From Monocercomonoides exilis PA203 (lineage: Eukaryota > Protista > Preaxostyla), in NCBI GenBank assembly GCA_001643675.2, contig LSRY02000003.1, positions 1,674,001-1,738,000 of the forward strand: DNA of 64,000 bases. Reading direction: 5' to 3'. The notes beneath the pieces were generated by a model. It saw only the letters and a program-made list of their open reading frames with translations, made no database searches and was not told the origin of the DNA. Of this stretch, positions 63,476 to 64,000 are shown piece by piece (position 1 is the stretch's first letter; each line of letters begins with the position of its first letter). Both the position numbers and the translations under genes were made by a program.

Positions 63476-64000
63476 ATAACAATACTTTTCAATTATTATG
63501 TTGTTCTCGCGTTTATACACAATTATTTGATGAAATTACGTATTTTGGATTTATTTATCATTATTTTACCCAAATTCTGTTCTTTCTGAGCATTCTTTTT
63601 GTAAGCATCTGATATTTCTCATTTTATTTATATTATGTGATCGCATTGTGCATTAAAAGGGATTCTTTCCTCTTGCTAGTTGAAATTTTCTTTTTAAGCT
63701 TCTGCTTTTTTGGATTGTTTTTGAAGCACATCGATTTTGTAACACCAATATTTATCAAGGTTTCTTTTTTTGCCATTTTTTGTTTTTGAAGAGGGAAAAA
63801 TCATAACAAAAATGAAAATGAAGATAAATACCACAAAAAAGTGATTGTCACTGAAACTTAATCAACTGCAAAATCTTCAAATTACAAATTAGGCATCATT
63901 CAAAATGATTCTCAACTTAAATACCAAAGTTTGATATTCTTAAAAACTCAATAAGAATATACAAGAATGAAAAGAGACATAACTGTGCAACAAAAACCAA

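Overview
AT-rich eukaryotic (protist-like) DNA with short GT-AG introns, a standard genetic code and Ser-run proteins. An anaerobic metamonad such as an oxymonad is my inference from style and gene content, not something I can establish. Positions ~3.9-46.4 kb are an accessory island holding nine copies (seven distinct sequences, labelled A, B, C/C', D/D', E, F, G) of a ~250-aa Cys-rich GGA(L/I)/FxxC/FxxN right-handed beta-helix (Pmp-like) domain. The island is organised around a ~25.6-kb near-perfect palindrome (arms ~7791-20574 and ~20645-33429, 70-bp spacer) and bracketed by two inward-facing genes that carry signal peptides (A and G). The seven other copies have no start codon or leader, yet keep intact reading frames. 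The copies are patchwork mosaics of one another, with identical 70-210 bp tracts between changing partners, and share two recurrent 3' breakpoints. This looks like a gene-conversion cassette system for diversifying a surface or secreted protein. Smaller inverted repeats flank the island, including a Tc1/mariner-type MITE. The right-hand 14 kb is ordinary gene-dense DNA: a 2-TM protein, an intronless B12-dependent class II ribonucleotide reductase, a DTWD1-like enzyme, a Chibby-like protein, a HUN/HRD-motif protein and a reticulon/ARL6IP1-like protein. A partial intron-containing gene sits at the left edge.
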